DNA of 64,000 bases from the human T2T-CHM13v2.0 reference genome, Homo sapiens. The stretch lies in assembly GCF_009914755.1 (NCBI RefSeq), contig NC_060926.1, one strand, 5' to 3'. Position numbers and translations under genes: made by a program. Each line of letters begins with the position of its first letter. Within the stretch, counting starts at the first letter, position 1. Positions 52,260 to 64,000 of this stretch are shown piece by piece. Under the pieces are notes generated by a model. It was not told the origin of the DNA, did not search any database, and worked only from the letters and a program-made list of their open reading frames with translations.

Positions 52260-53470
52260 TCACTTATTTATTTCATTCAGTAATTATTTACTAAGTACTT
52301 CTTGTATACTGGGTGCAGTGCTAGTTGTTAAGGACACAGGATTCAAATAACATCTTTGGTTCCTCCCTAAGGACCTCAGTTAGCAGAGGTTAGGTGATAC
52401 ACAACTAGAAGCAACGCTTAAATATAAAAATTGCAAACTGTGCTCAGTGCTATAAAGAAAAGCGACATGACTTTCTGAGAGTCATTGAAAACTGTCTTTT
52501 AGGTTAGGGGCAAGAAAACACTTTATGGAGAGGTGATGTTTACACTGAGAAAGAAGAATGAGAAAGAACTAGCCAAGTGAAGACAATATGTAAGTATGGG
52601 CACGAGTGTGGGATGGAAGTGGGGTGGGAGGAGAGAAAAAGAAGATGAAAAACATTCATATCAAAGAAACACTGTGTGCAAAAGGCCTTAAGGGCATTTT
52701 ACAGGAGCTCAAAGAAGCAGCAGCAACAACAACCAAAACCAGCCAACAACAAACTCAGACACCTGGAAGCAGTGATGCAGAGAGCGGAGGAGATGAGATT
52801 GGAGGGCAGCCAGGGACCACTTCTTAAAGGCGTTCATTGTAAGCCCTAATAATGCATTCCATTGCCCTCTTATTTTAAGTGTAAAGGTGAGATTAAGGAT
52901 GAAGGGGATGAAATGATCAGTGTTGTAGTTTTTAAAAGATGACTCTGTAGAGATAATGAATTGGTGAAAGTAGAAGCGGGGAGATCATTACTGGAGTCGT
53001 CCAGGTGAAAGATAATCATGGTGAAAGCAGAAAAAATGAAGAAAAATGAAAAGGCTCGGGATAAATTATGGAAGAATAGCAAGAGTGAAAAACAAGAAAT
53101 CAATGACTCCCAGAGGGTCACAAGAGAACCTTCTGGCATCTTGGAAATGATCCAGGTGGTTACACGGTGTATTCATAAGTAGAAGTTGGTTGAACTGTAC
53201 ACATCAGATGCATGTGCTTTATGCTCTTTTTGCTCTGTGGGCTATACAATACTGGAACAAAAATGTTTAAATAAACTTTCTGGCTTGGCAACTGTGTGGG
53301 TATCAGTGCCTTTTTCTCAGCTGGGAAAGCCTAGGGGAGGAGGTGAGGGCAAGGAATCAAGAGACCCATTTTGGTGTGTGGGCACTGAGGTCCCTGAGTG
53401 TCACCCAAGTAGACATGCCACATGGGCAGCTGTGTTTATGCATCTGGGACTGAGAGGAGAGACCTGGGGA
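52260..53470 (-). mobile_element. L2 fragments (3' end and internal), interrupted near 53140-53270 by an L1-like piece
   Basis: tttatttcattcagtaattatttactaagtact (antisense L2 end), ggtgatgtttacactgaga, tgtgtgcaaaaggcct, tttaaaagatgactctg, gtccaggtga, tttctggcttggcaact. Confidence 0.7.
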
Positions 53471-55189
53471 TAAATATCATGGACCCTTCTCATTTTCAGA
53501 ATTTACTGCTCCATTCTGAGGGAAATCAGATAGGAAATAATAAACACACCTTCTGAGGAAACAAATTGTGGGAAGTTAAACAGGCTCATAAAATCTTAAG
53601 AAGTTTTTACACAGACTGTCTTTCGTTTCTATTGAAATTCCAAAGGCCTGATGGTAACCAGAAGCACTATTAGGCTTTCACTCTATGGAATATTTCTGAA
53701 GTTCTGGCAGCAGAGAAGATATCCATAAAAATGATTTCCTAAAAATCATGATTGCCCTAGATTTTATTATTGTTCAAAATCTTTCACAGAACTGCAATAC
53801 AACTGCTTATGTTGGTGATTTTGAAGTGATTAGATAAAATATGGGCATCTATGCCTTCCAAACTTTTGGAAAAAGTAACCAGAAGGAAAGACTCAAATCA
53901 AGCATTTTAATACCTAAAGGGTATGGTAAGTTACAATGTTGACTTTGTTAATTTAGTATATACTAGTCAGCAATCAGTGACAACATATCTGCACCCGTAT
54001 GTCCCAAAGTCACACTCTTTTCCTGGACTTGGAATTATAACAAGAGGAATTGCAATTATCCAGGTAATTAAAACAAAATTACTATGTGTTTTATTCTTGT
54101 AAATACATTAGATAACCATTTTCTCTGAAATCGACTAAATCATTTAGTGTCTTCATTATATATTGCTCTGCCTCCTTGATCCTTTTTTATTTTGAGATGA
54201 ATGAATCTCAGATGATACAATGAAAACAAAAATAAAAGTAGATATATACGCTTGTGTTCTACCCATTCTCATACACACACACATGCACGCACACACAGAA
54301 CCTTTGCTATTGACATGCAAATGCAACTGTTGTGGGGCGATGTTTACTATAAAGAATAGTTAAGAAATATAAACCCCACTAGGAATCTGCTCCATGAAGA
54401 AATATGTTTAGAAACAGATCTGCCACCCACTGAATAGAATACATGTCCAATCTGAAGGTTCATTATAATTATTTCAGAATGAGTTGACAGCAAACTGCAT
54501 TGAAAGTCAAACACAACATTTAATCTGCCTCCAAGTTAATCATGGCGGGAGTCACACAGTGATTTCTGTGGGGCTGGGAGGATAATTTTCTGGACTATCA
54601 CCATCCAGTTTACACCAAGTCACTGGAGATACAAAAACATTTTTGAGTCCCCTACATCCCAATAAATTATACAAATTGTCTGTCAAAAGCAAGTTTGATT
54701 TAGTAGGCACTAGTGCTAAGCAAGACACCCAGGGGAGCAAACCAGAAACCACTGATAGAAAATACAGAAAGCCTGGAGGGCACAAATGCAATGGGAAAAG
54801 ATGCAACCGCCATATGGCACCATATAGCTCATGTGACAGTCATTTCTTTATGTGTACTTATGTTGTAAGCACGCCTTAAAAATTCAGTCCAGACTCTTTT
54901 AGGGAAGGCGGCAAAAATAATGTAGATATTCAGCGCTTAGAATAGAAGGAGGCATGGACCAGGGTTTGCAATGGCAAAGTGATAATTGAGTTACAGATTA
55001 CAGAGGTAATCAACATCTACATTCTACATTCTAAATAGCTGTTAATGTTCTAAGCATTAGAACTAAACTAAAAGCAGCAAAAAAAAAAAAAAAAAAAAAA
55101 TCCAGATTCAGTTTATTTGTGGGAGAAAGATGAACAAGTTAATATCAGTGGCTAAACAAAAAGCTAGTACCATGTAGGAATTGCTGAGC

Positions 55190-55422
55190 AATTTGGCTGG
55201 AGTCAGAGACTGCTGTGGAATGAAACCAGGCTCAACCTCTTCCTAATTTCCTAGCTGTGGGAAAACCATGGCAAGTCTCTGTGCCTTCATTTCCTGGTAT
55301 GTAAAATAGGAATAATAATGGACCTTTCTCATAAGGTTATCTTGAGGATTAAATGAGTTAATTCTTGTTAAACCACTGACAATGCTTGTTAAATAAGTAA
55401 GCTCTTAATAAATGTTAGCTAC
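55190..55422 (+). mobile_element. MIR SINE
   Basis: ctggagtcaga...tcctagctgtg...ctctgtgccttcatttcct...tgtaaaataggaataataat...gaggattaaatgag...taataaatgttagct. Confidence 0.78.
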
Positions 55423-57109
55423 TGTGATTTGCAGATGATGAAACAGCTCAATAAGACGTTTTCCTCTAATCATTATTCTCATGCACTTATTTCATGTTTC
55501 ACAAGAAGGCAAGAAGTAATTTATGAAAGTTTGTTCACATCCTTACTTGCCTCATTTTCTACTAAAAAGCAAAGGTGACCATATCCTCAGACAATCTTAT
55601 TCCTTCTTTTTGTTCAATGAACTTGGAGGAACTCTGGCAGTGGCAGTGTCTTTGCTGTCTCAATCAGAAGCTAACGTTCTAGAGATATGCAAATATTTAG
55701 TACAAGAGTGTTTTTACAAATTATGTACTAGGCTGCATGTGGGAGTACAATGCACAATAAAACTAGGTCCCTGCCCTCAGGCTGTTACAATAAATTTCCT
55801 GGCAGATATTTGGATCCCAGGCAGAGTAGGTGGGTAAGAAGTAGGCAGGTGCCAGGCTGTGCTGCCTGACATGCAATGCATGCTCAGTAAACACTCTCTC
55901 TTCTCAGTCTTATTTTCACAATGTTTAAAAACTCTCTAGAATGTCTTTCAATTTTTCAGCCCTTCACAGTTGGATTATGGAAAAAGTAAATCAAGATTTT
56001 CCAGTGTGTATTCTCATGCTTAAGCTCTATCACTTACTGTTTTCATGAATTAAAAACAAAATTCTATTTTTCATTGTATTAAAGACTTCCGTTGGTGGTT
56101 CACCACACAGAGAGGAAATGAGATGCATCTATGGCCCATTATGTCATTTTATGGCTATTTTTTGCTCGTATAAGAATATTCCCCATAGGATGATTGCTTA
56201 TCTAACTGTAACTGACTCATGTCATGATGCTTCCTGCCCTAGCTTTAAAAGTTTAAATGATGTCAGATTTTATGATTGAAGACTTTTACCAATAATGAAT
56301 CTAGTTTGTAATAGAAACTGACAATTTTTAGTCCTGCAAAACTTACCTCTACATGGCACAAAAAATACAGAAACATAAGTAGAAATCAAATTGTAAAATG
56401 CGTCCCTGCTGTCTCAATCTGGAACTAACATTTCATATTGTCAGAATATCAAAAAGCTTCCGTTCACAATCATTTGTCTATTTCAGGATATCATAAATGT
56501 TTGCTATTACATAGATCAGCATCAAAACCACACTTTAGAAATTTCTTAACAATGAACATTGCAAAGCATAATTCTAACAAGAACTGAATGAATATTGATT
56601 GTTACAATAAAATATTTTATTTAAACATTGTATGCACTTGGTGCTTTAAATTGTAAAAGTTATAATTGTTAGATTAAATTAATATTTTGTTATAAAAATT
56701 CCCAAAATATGATACATTTATTTTTGAAATGGAGTTTGATCACATGAAGTAAGACTATCATCCTTGATTTTCTATTATTTTATGTCTAATGTCATAGTCC
56801 ATTTATATTTTTGACCTCATATAATTCATTCATTCATTAATTCAGTAGATATAGTTATTATCTGCTCTATATAAGGCACTGCAGTGGGATCCGAATTGTA
56901 GAAGAGAACAAAGCTGACAAAATTCTCTGCCCACCTGAAGCTGCCATCCTAATTTCTCAAACAGCTCTAAATCCCACAAGAAACACAAACATTACTCTGT
57001 TATCAGGGATGGTAAAGAGTAGTCAGGATAAAAACATTAACAAACATTTTATGCATTGTCATGGCAATATCATAGAAACAAAAAATGATTCATAATAGAA
57101 ACATTCTTC

Positions 57110-57320
57110 ATCTATTGAACACATAGTATGTATAGGTCATGAGCTAAGCATTTTATGGGCATTACCCTGTTAACCTCAAAATCTGATGAGTTGTACCATA
57201 ACTATTTCCATTTTACATATAAGGAAAGCATGTTTCATTCAAGATGACACAGCTTTTAAATGATAGGTCTTCATTTCAATATAGGTCTGGGGTCCAAGTC
57301 TGTGTTCTTAAACATTATGT
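57110..57320 (-). mobile_element. MIR SINE (antisense)
   Basis: tattgaacacatagtatgt...gctaagcattttat...ccattttacatataaggaaa...caagatgacacagct...tccaag...tgttcttaa. Confidence 0.65.
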
Positions 57321-58939
57321 TCAATAAATTCTGGGTTATGCGAGAGGCAGTTGTAATATAATAAATTTCTAGAAAATTAAGCCCATCTAGATTTAGGGCT
57401 GATGAGATATTGAAAAAACAATAAGTGTTCAGCAACTCTATTAGAAAGTCTGGCCATAAGGCTGTAGAATTAGCATTTGCACAAGGAACTAAGAGTGGTG
57501 CTTCACAATCTTACCGATACATGTGATCGTAATACTTAACACGTGGAAAAGTTGAGTGGCCCAAAAGGTAAGCATTGTTCAAGAGGACCAAAAGAGGATG
57601 CAACATTCCTAAGCTCTGTTTCACTTTTGATTTTCACCATTCTATTGCATTAATTCATGACGTTTTGAGTCATTCAGAGGTCATCTGATTAGAGAGTTGC
57701 TTTCTTATAACTTTTCCAGACAACTCGCATTATGTATTTGTAGCTGATTCCCTGTGGAAAGAAGTATGAAAATAACCTCATTCTTTTCAAGTCTGAGAAA
57801 AGATGCCAAATGAAGGAGGTCAGTAACACACAGGACATGGGACAGCTGGGAAACAGGGGACAGGTGCTTTGTGAGTCAGTAGTAGCTGGATTCCGCTCAA
57901 GGGTTGCATTCTTCAAGATGTCTAAATATTTGCATCAAGATGAGTGTATTTAATTTGGAAACCATATAAATTAATGCAGATCACACATACAAATTAATGC
58001 AAATTCAGTGCTCATTTTGAACACTTTTAACAAACCTCTTAATAAAGTCAACTAAAATTCTGGATAATTTAAAAAACAAAACAAAAAAACCTTATGAAGC
58101 AGCATGAAAGCAAGAAAACTATGGGTATCAAAAACAAAGAGAAGTCAGGGATCCTGGGAGTTGTTCAAACACCAAAGTTGTCTTTTCTCCTAAGAGCAGA
58201 AACTGGGAGATTGGAGACTTTCATTGTAATGGCTGCAGAGAGCACAGAGATCAAGAGATAAGACTTAGGGTTGAGATTGTTACTCTCTACTCCCAGACTA
58301 TTACTACAGACACAGAGAGTTCCCAGTATTCTGGTCTTGCCGTTCCCTTCCCCAAATAAGTTCAAGCTATAGCCGGATAGCAAAGAGGAGAGTGTGGAGA
58401 ACAGTGTATGTGGGTCTGGGATTTGTCTTTTCCTTCCTCTCATCTAGATGGATAAAGAACTACCTAGATTTGTAATCTCACCTTCCCCTCCCTTGGGGTC
58501 ACACAAAAGCCCATCAAGCTTTCTGACAAATGCACTGCTGAAAGCACATTCATAACCCTGTCCAGAAGTGAGCACAAGAATGCACATTCATGCACAATGG
58601 ATTTGCTCTTGTCTTCCCAAAATCCCAGAGACAAGCCTGGGTGCTTGTCATTTGCTGATTGGAACAAAGGCAGCTACATGAAGGGTGCGCTGATTGTTGT
58701 TTATTTGCATGCTGGGCAGTGTTTCCATCATGGTCTATATTTCCTTGGACAACGCCCTCAAATTCCTAGTGAAGTTAGTTTTAGGACTTCTGTAATTTGC
58801 TCTAGCCCTCACTTTAGGTCTTTGGACTCTCTCTCCTTCCTTTGCAGATGGAAAGGCAGAGAGGACCAGAGACTGCCAGTAACACTATCTCAGGCCACTT
58901 ACTTACTCTGGGCTAACACTGCTAGGTCCCAAACACATG

Positions 58940-59065
58940 TGGCAGGTACTATCATCCCCATTTTGTGAATGTTAAAACTGAGGTTCAGAGAGGTCTAGGA
59001 ACCCACCAAAGTCACACAGCTAATAGGTAACTCAGGATTCAAATGTTGCTCTGTCTGACCCTACT
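58940..59065 (-). mobile_element. MIR SINE (antisense core)
   Basis: atcatccccattttgt...aaaactgaggttcagagagg...aaagtcacacagct...ggattcaaa...ctgtctgac. Confidence 0.7.
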
Positions 59066-60613
59066 GCCAGCTCCTTAGAGCTCCCTCACACAGCCTCTGC
59101 CTTTGTGGTGGCCGCATTATCAGCTGCTCAGTTCAGGAACTGGCAGTGAGGCTTCTAGAAGCTATGAAGAGTAGCTGTTCCCAGTGTCAATATCCCAGCA
59201 ACCTGCCTCATGATTCAATTATGGCAAGAGTCTCAATCAAGCTAGGACTTTTAATTGGGCAGACTCAAAGCATTTAGAACACTTTAACAAAATAAGATTC
59301 TTAAAATTCTCAAGTTTTATTGTTTCTGTTTTATTATTCCTTTAGCACTAGATGTCTTATAAAATTAGCTCAGTTATAATGATCACAAGAAAAATACTTT
59401 TAATTTCGTTGAATAAGGACCATGTATAGTAGGGTGAGTAATCTCTAAGTCTTCATGCTCTCCCAGAATACAAGATTACTCATGATTCATAGGGACTGTA
59501 ACACAGGGTCCTTGGGATCTTATGAATAAATCAGTTTCTTTTTCTGAGTGTGTTAATATTCAACTCTTATTGAGAAGGTCAGTTCTCTCTCTGCAGCCAT
59601 TAGCTTCTTAAGGCCATGGAGCACATTTCTGGAAGCCTACTTACTTTTACCCATCACCTTTTTTCAAAAAACCTGAAACTGGCTCGAATATAATATATTG
59701 AATTATGTTTGGGAAGAGTGCTGGGAAAGCTGAACTGATGATCCTCCAAAATATGCTTGTCACCTGCTGTGAGTTTCTGAATCGTGCCATGAAGAATAAA
59801 GTACTGCCAGGAGTGTCTCCGAGAAAGTGTCAAAAGTGTCTGATTTAATTGTTAATGTAAGGATTTAAGATGCTGTTTTTCCCTGGTGCTAACATCTCTC
59901 ATTGATTCTGGAGCATTTCCATTTGTTGTTTAACAGAAAGAGCCTCGGTATTTATAGCCCTATCACTCTAGAAGGGAAGCATTTGCAATTTGCACTTTCA
60001 ATTTTGACTCCTAGCCTTCTTTTCCTTTAAATACCCTTCAAATGAGTGTCAGATGCAATTCAAAGAATGCTTTGCAAGAGGTTGCACAAAGCAATTCTCA
60101 TCCCTATAGGTGAACATTTCAGAAGAATCCCCATACTTCTTTGCTAATTGAAATCTAAACTCATGAGCCCTAGTTAGCCTCAATCCCACTATTGTCAGGG
60201 CTCAGGGGAAGACTTGTGTGTGTGCGTTCTTGTGTGTATGCTGCAACTGGAGTCATACCCTATGGCAGATTGCTTTATCTAAAAGTGGTCACATCCGTAT
60301 GTATTTCTATTCCATTCCACATGCTTTTCTTACATGTGATGTTAGCATTCCTCCGTCAAGATATGGGGTCTTTGTTTCTTCCTCTTGAGCTTGAGGGGAT
60401 CTTTGTAAATCCTTTGATCAATATAATGACATAGAAGTGGTGCTGCATGACTTCCAAAACAAAGTCATTAAAGGCAGGACATATTCTACCTCTCTATTTC
60501 TCTCTCTCTCAATGCTGCCCTTTAGCCACCATGTTTTGAGGAAGCCCAAGACACATGGAGAAGCTATAAGTGGATGTTCTAGCCAAAAGTCCCTGGAAAC
60601 CATTAGCTGATAT

Positions 60614-61344
60614 TGTAACCATCCAATGGGTTCTTTTTGTCCACTGCCCAGGTAGACCCTATTTATCAAGGCAGGGGAATTGCAATAGAGAGTTTAATAC
60701 ACATAGAGCCAGATGATGGGAAGCTAGAATTTTATTATCACTCAAATCAGTCTCTTCAAAGGCTCAGAAGCTAGGGGTTTTTCAAAGCTAGTTTGGGGGA
60801 AGAGGTGGAGATTGCTAGGCAATGGGTGCTTGCTGATTGGTTGGGGCTGCAATTATAGGGGTATGGGAAATGTTGCTCCTATGTGCTGAGTCACTGCTGG
60901 GTGGGGCTACAGGAGTGGTTGGCTGGTCCAGGCAGAGTCATCAGTAGTCAGATATGCAAAAAACTTGAAAAGATATCTCAAAAGGCCAATCTTAGGTTCT
61001 ACAACAGTGATGTTATCTGCAGGAGTAATTGGGGAAGTTGCATATTTTGTGACCCCAGGAATAATGGCTGGCAATCCTTTATGTCTACACCTTAGTAGAA
61101 TTCAGGCTCCTCTATCCTCCTAGCCTGGTGGTCTTTCATTAGCTTTACAAAGGCAGTTGAGTTTTGGGGAAAGGCTATCATCATTTAAACTATAAACTAA
61201 GTGTCTACCAAGATTAGTTTGGCTTAAGCCTAAGAATAACTAAGGGCAGATTGAAGGCTAAAGGCAGGATGGGGATTGGCTAGATCAGATCTCCCTTACT
61301 ACCATAATTTTATCACCAATAAAATTTATGCAAAGGTGGTTTCA
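60614..61344 (-). mobile_element. LTR8A/LTR8B-like ERV1 solo LTR
   Basis: The minus strand runs tgaaaccacctttgcataaa...gagatctgatctagccaatccccatc... to ...cccattggatggttaca. TG...CA ends, imperfect 4-bp TSD (atat/attt). Confidence 0.8.
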
Positions 61345-61409
61345 ATTTCATGACTTCAACCTCACAAGAGACTGAGTCAAAACCAATCATAGGTCAAGCC
61401 ACACCCTAA

Positions 61410-62124
61410 TGTAACTGCTCAAGGGATTCACCTTGCCCGTTGCCTAGAAAGAGCCAATTTATCAAGACAGTGGAATTGCAATAGAGAAAGTAATTCACAC
61501 AGAGATGGCTGTGTGGGAGACCCAAGTTTTATTATTACTCAAATTAGTCTCCCCAGGCATTTGAGGGTCAGGGTTTTTCAGGATAATTTGATGTGGGGGG
61601 TGGAGCAGTGAGTCAGCAGTGCTGACTGATTAGGTCAGAGATGAAATTATAGGGAGTTGAAGCTGTCTTCTTGTGCTGAGTCTGTTCCTGGGTGGGGGCC
61701 ACAAGATCAAATGAGCCATTTTATCTATCTGGGTGGTGCCAGTTGATCCATCAAGTGCAGAGTCTGCAAAATATCTCAAGTATTGCTCTTAGGTTTTACA
61801 ATGGTGATGTTATCCCCAGGAGCCATTTGGGGAGGGTCAGAAACTTGTAGCCTCCAGCTGCATGACTCCTAAACCATAATTTCTAATCTTGTGGCTAATT
61901 TGTTAGTCCTACAAAGGCAGTCTAGTCCTCAAGCAAGAAGGAGGTTAGTTTTGAGAAAAGGCTATTATCATCTTTGTTTTAAACTATAAACTAAGTTCCA
62001 CCAAAGTTAGTTCAGCCTATGCCCAGGAATGAACAAGGATAGCTTGGAGGTTAGAAGCAAGATGGCGTTGCCTGGGTCAGATCTTTTTCACTGTCTCGGT
62101 TATAATTTTTCAATGGTGGTTTCA
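61410..62124 (-). mobile_element. LTR8 ERV1 solo LTR
   Basis: The minus strand runs tgaaaccaccattgaaaaattataaccgagacagtgaaaaagatctgacc... to ...gggcaaggtgaatcccttgagcagttaca. TSD ctaa/ctag. Confidence 0.83.
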
Positions 62125-62284
62125 CTAGTCCATAGAAATTGTGGGAGATAATATATGATTATTGCTGTTTAAAATTATTACATTTGGAGAAGATTTGTTA
62201 TGGCACAATTTAGAGATCAATCAGTTCACAAATATATTTTTCCTATTTGGTGGACCAGGGAGAAGAAACAAAGCATTGATCTAC

Positions 62285-62410
62285 TCATTCATTTATTCAA
62301 CAAGTATTTGCTGAGCACGTACATGTGCCAGGCCTTGTTCTGGGGCTGAGAAAACAGCAGGGAATAAAATAGAAAATTACGCTTCCCTCATGGAGCTGAC
62401 CTTTTAGAGG
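62285..62410 (-). mobile_element. L2 3' end fragment
   Basis: tcattcatttattcaacaagtatttgctgagcac...tgtgccagg...ttctggggctgaga...ccctcatggagctgac. Confidence 0.78.
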
Positions 62411-63225
62411 ACTCGACCGTGTTGCTCCAAGTTTCCCAGGGTGACCACCATGCATTCCATGCTGCTCCCTCCTGTTCTGCTGAGTCAGAACTATTGAAAA
62501 GGAGCCAAGTGTGGAATATCCTTAGCATCACAAGGACATTGTCTACTCTTCTCTAATTATAAGTAAAAGAGCTAATAGAATGCAAAGCTAGGGGAAAAAG
62601 AGGAAAATGTTAATACTGAATCAAACCTAACTCAATTAAAAAAAAAAAAAGAAAAGAAAAAGAATTTGGTAATAATTTCTGAAGGAAAAAGAAGGAGGAA
62701 GGTAATTTTTGATGGTAGAACACTTCTGAGCATGGAAAGTGCATCTGATTAGAGACTTTATCCAGTCAGAGGGAAGCCGGGGACATAGGAAACCATAGGG
62801 TATAAGTCAGAAGGAAAAATGAGAAAAATCCAAAGGAACATTATGCTTCCCTGGAAATTGTGCCGAGCCAGCTCTTTTGAAGACACAAAGGGCTACAAAA
62901 ATCACAACCATTTCTAAGTCACCCCAGAGCTCATATAAAATAGCCAGATTCTATGACAGGTTGCCTGCAATTTTTCTTTTGCTTAGCTCTAAGGGTTTAT
63001 AAGAGGAAGAGTGAAATCACCAAGCCTAACTTTTCTCTAAGGTGGGTCAATTGACTGCCCACCATAGGCAAATTGCAGATTTTGCAGGCCCCTAGAAAGT
63101 TGTAATTGCAGATTGATTCCTCCATCCTAAGAGGAGGAAGAGTAAAGCTGCTCACTAGGCTCGAAGCTGGGTAGAGAGCCTAGTCAAACTGTTGGTGCCT
63201 CATGACTCAGGAGCCAAACAGCAAG

Positions 63226-63274
63226 GCACCTTGTGAGAAAAGATTGGAAGCACCTTGTGAGAAAAGATTGGAAG
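63226..63274. repeat. Perfect 24-bp tandem duplication
   Basis: gcaccttgtgagaaaagattggaa x2. Confidence 0.97.
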
Positions 63275-64000
63275 TCTGAGGACTTCCCAGCAAGCCTAGG
63301 AGTGTGAATGCCTAGGAGATGGCCAGCTGGAAAGCAATCTTGGGTCTCAAAGGATTTCTCTGCTCTCTTGTGAAAAACAATAATCTTCACTTCCAGCAAT
63401 CACCTGATTAAAAATCTCACTTCCGTGGTCTCTAAAGTTCTTTCAATATCTAAAAAAAATTTGGCATAGTCTTTTATCACAACTATGGCTAAGAGGAAGC
63501 AAATAAAGTCTGGGAATCTTGATAGGTATTTTTTTGTTGTTGTTAATTAAAGAGTTTCTAAGATTAACCTTCTCTCTACAACTTACAGCCTCTTAAAGTG
63601 GAAAAGATAAAAGTGTCATCTAAAGAAAAATGCCCCAAACTAAAGCTGGCTTAAATGGAGAAAACTCATAGAGAGAGTTACTTGTGTTCTAAACACATAC
63701 ACAATATAAATGGTGTCAAAAGTTTAGAATCTAGAATTTTTAAGTCTACTTTATGTTATCTACAGAATACATTCTAAATTTGAAAGCAAACTAAGAACAA
63801 TATTTCTCTTAGTGTTTATTTCAGGTTTCTTTTGCCCCAAATTAATTGGGAAGCAGGGAAAAATAAAAAACTAAAAAATGTTTCATCCAACCACAGGGAG
63901 AAAACCAAACACTCAGCCAAGCTATTCGCCTGGGCAGCCTGCACCTAGAAAGCACAAATGACTCTCTCTTCTACCCTTCTCTCTGATAAAAGAATACTGA

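Larger units (their letters stand above)
60261..62215 (+). mobile_element. MLT1G/H-like MaLR LTR split into three pieces (60261-60613, 61345-61409, 62125-~62215) by two LTR8-family insertions
   Basis: 5' piece: tggcagattgc...agaagtggtgctgcatgacttcca...agccaccatgttttgaggaagcccaag. Middle piece: tgacttcaacctcacaagagact. 3' piece: agaaattgtgggagataat...ttgctgtttaa...atttgttat. Confidence 0.7.

Noticed and set aside
49516-55694. Isolated octamer motifs at 49516 and 55687
   Set aside because: A few ATGCAAAT matches are expected by chance in 64 kb of AT-rich DNA, and these have no supporting adjacent motif.
60614-62124. A single provirus with two LTRs and a 65-bp internal region
   Set aside because: The LTRs are too different from each other and have separate TSDs. 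The spacer lacks a PBS/PPT and matches the host MLT1 LTR.

Overview
This is primate (human-like) non-coding genomic DNA: AT-rich and dense in interspersed repeats. I found no host protein-coding exon, structural RNA gene or CRISPR array that I can support, and I could not identify the locus. The dominant feature is a 5.85-kb HERV-H provirus (27093-32942, + strand). It has two LTR7-type LTRs, a GTAAC target-site duplication (TSD), a tRNA-His primer-binding site, broken gag/pro/pol remnants and no env. Other LTR elements are a solo LTR12 (19348-20141), a MER34-like LTR, a THE1 LTR and two LTR8-family solo LTRs nested 65 bp apart inside one MLT1 LTR. There are also ten Alus, a FAM-like monomer, a tRNA-Ile-headed ancient SINE, and L1/L2/MIR/hAT fossils. 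The most unusual structure is a ~680-bp fold-back palindrome (2036-2714): its ~265-bp arms are ~97% identical but lie inside a heavily decayed L1. Several repeat-free blocks look like enhancers (homeodomain/GATA clusters, paired AP-1 sites, one OCT-SOX composite site). Most short ORFs in the track are Alu/LTR read-throughs or chance ORFs. Subfamily names come from recalled consensus motifs, not from a database search. I do not see a supportable new protein system here; the candidates of interest are structural and regulatory.
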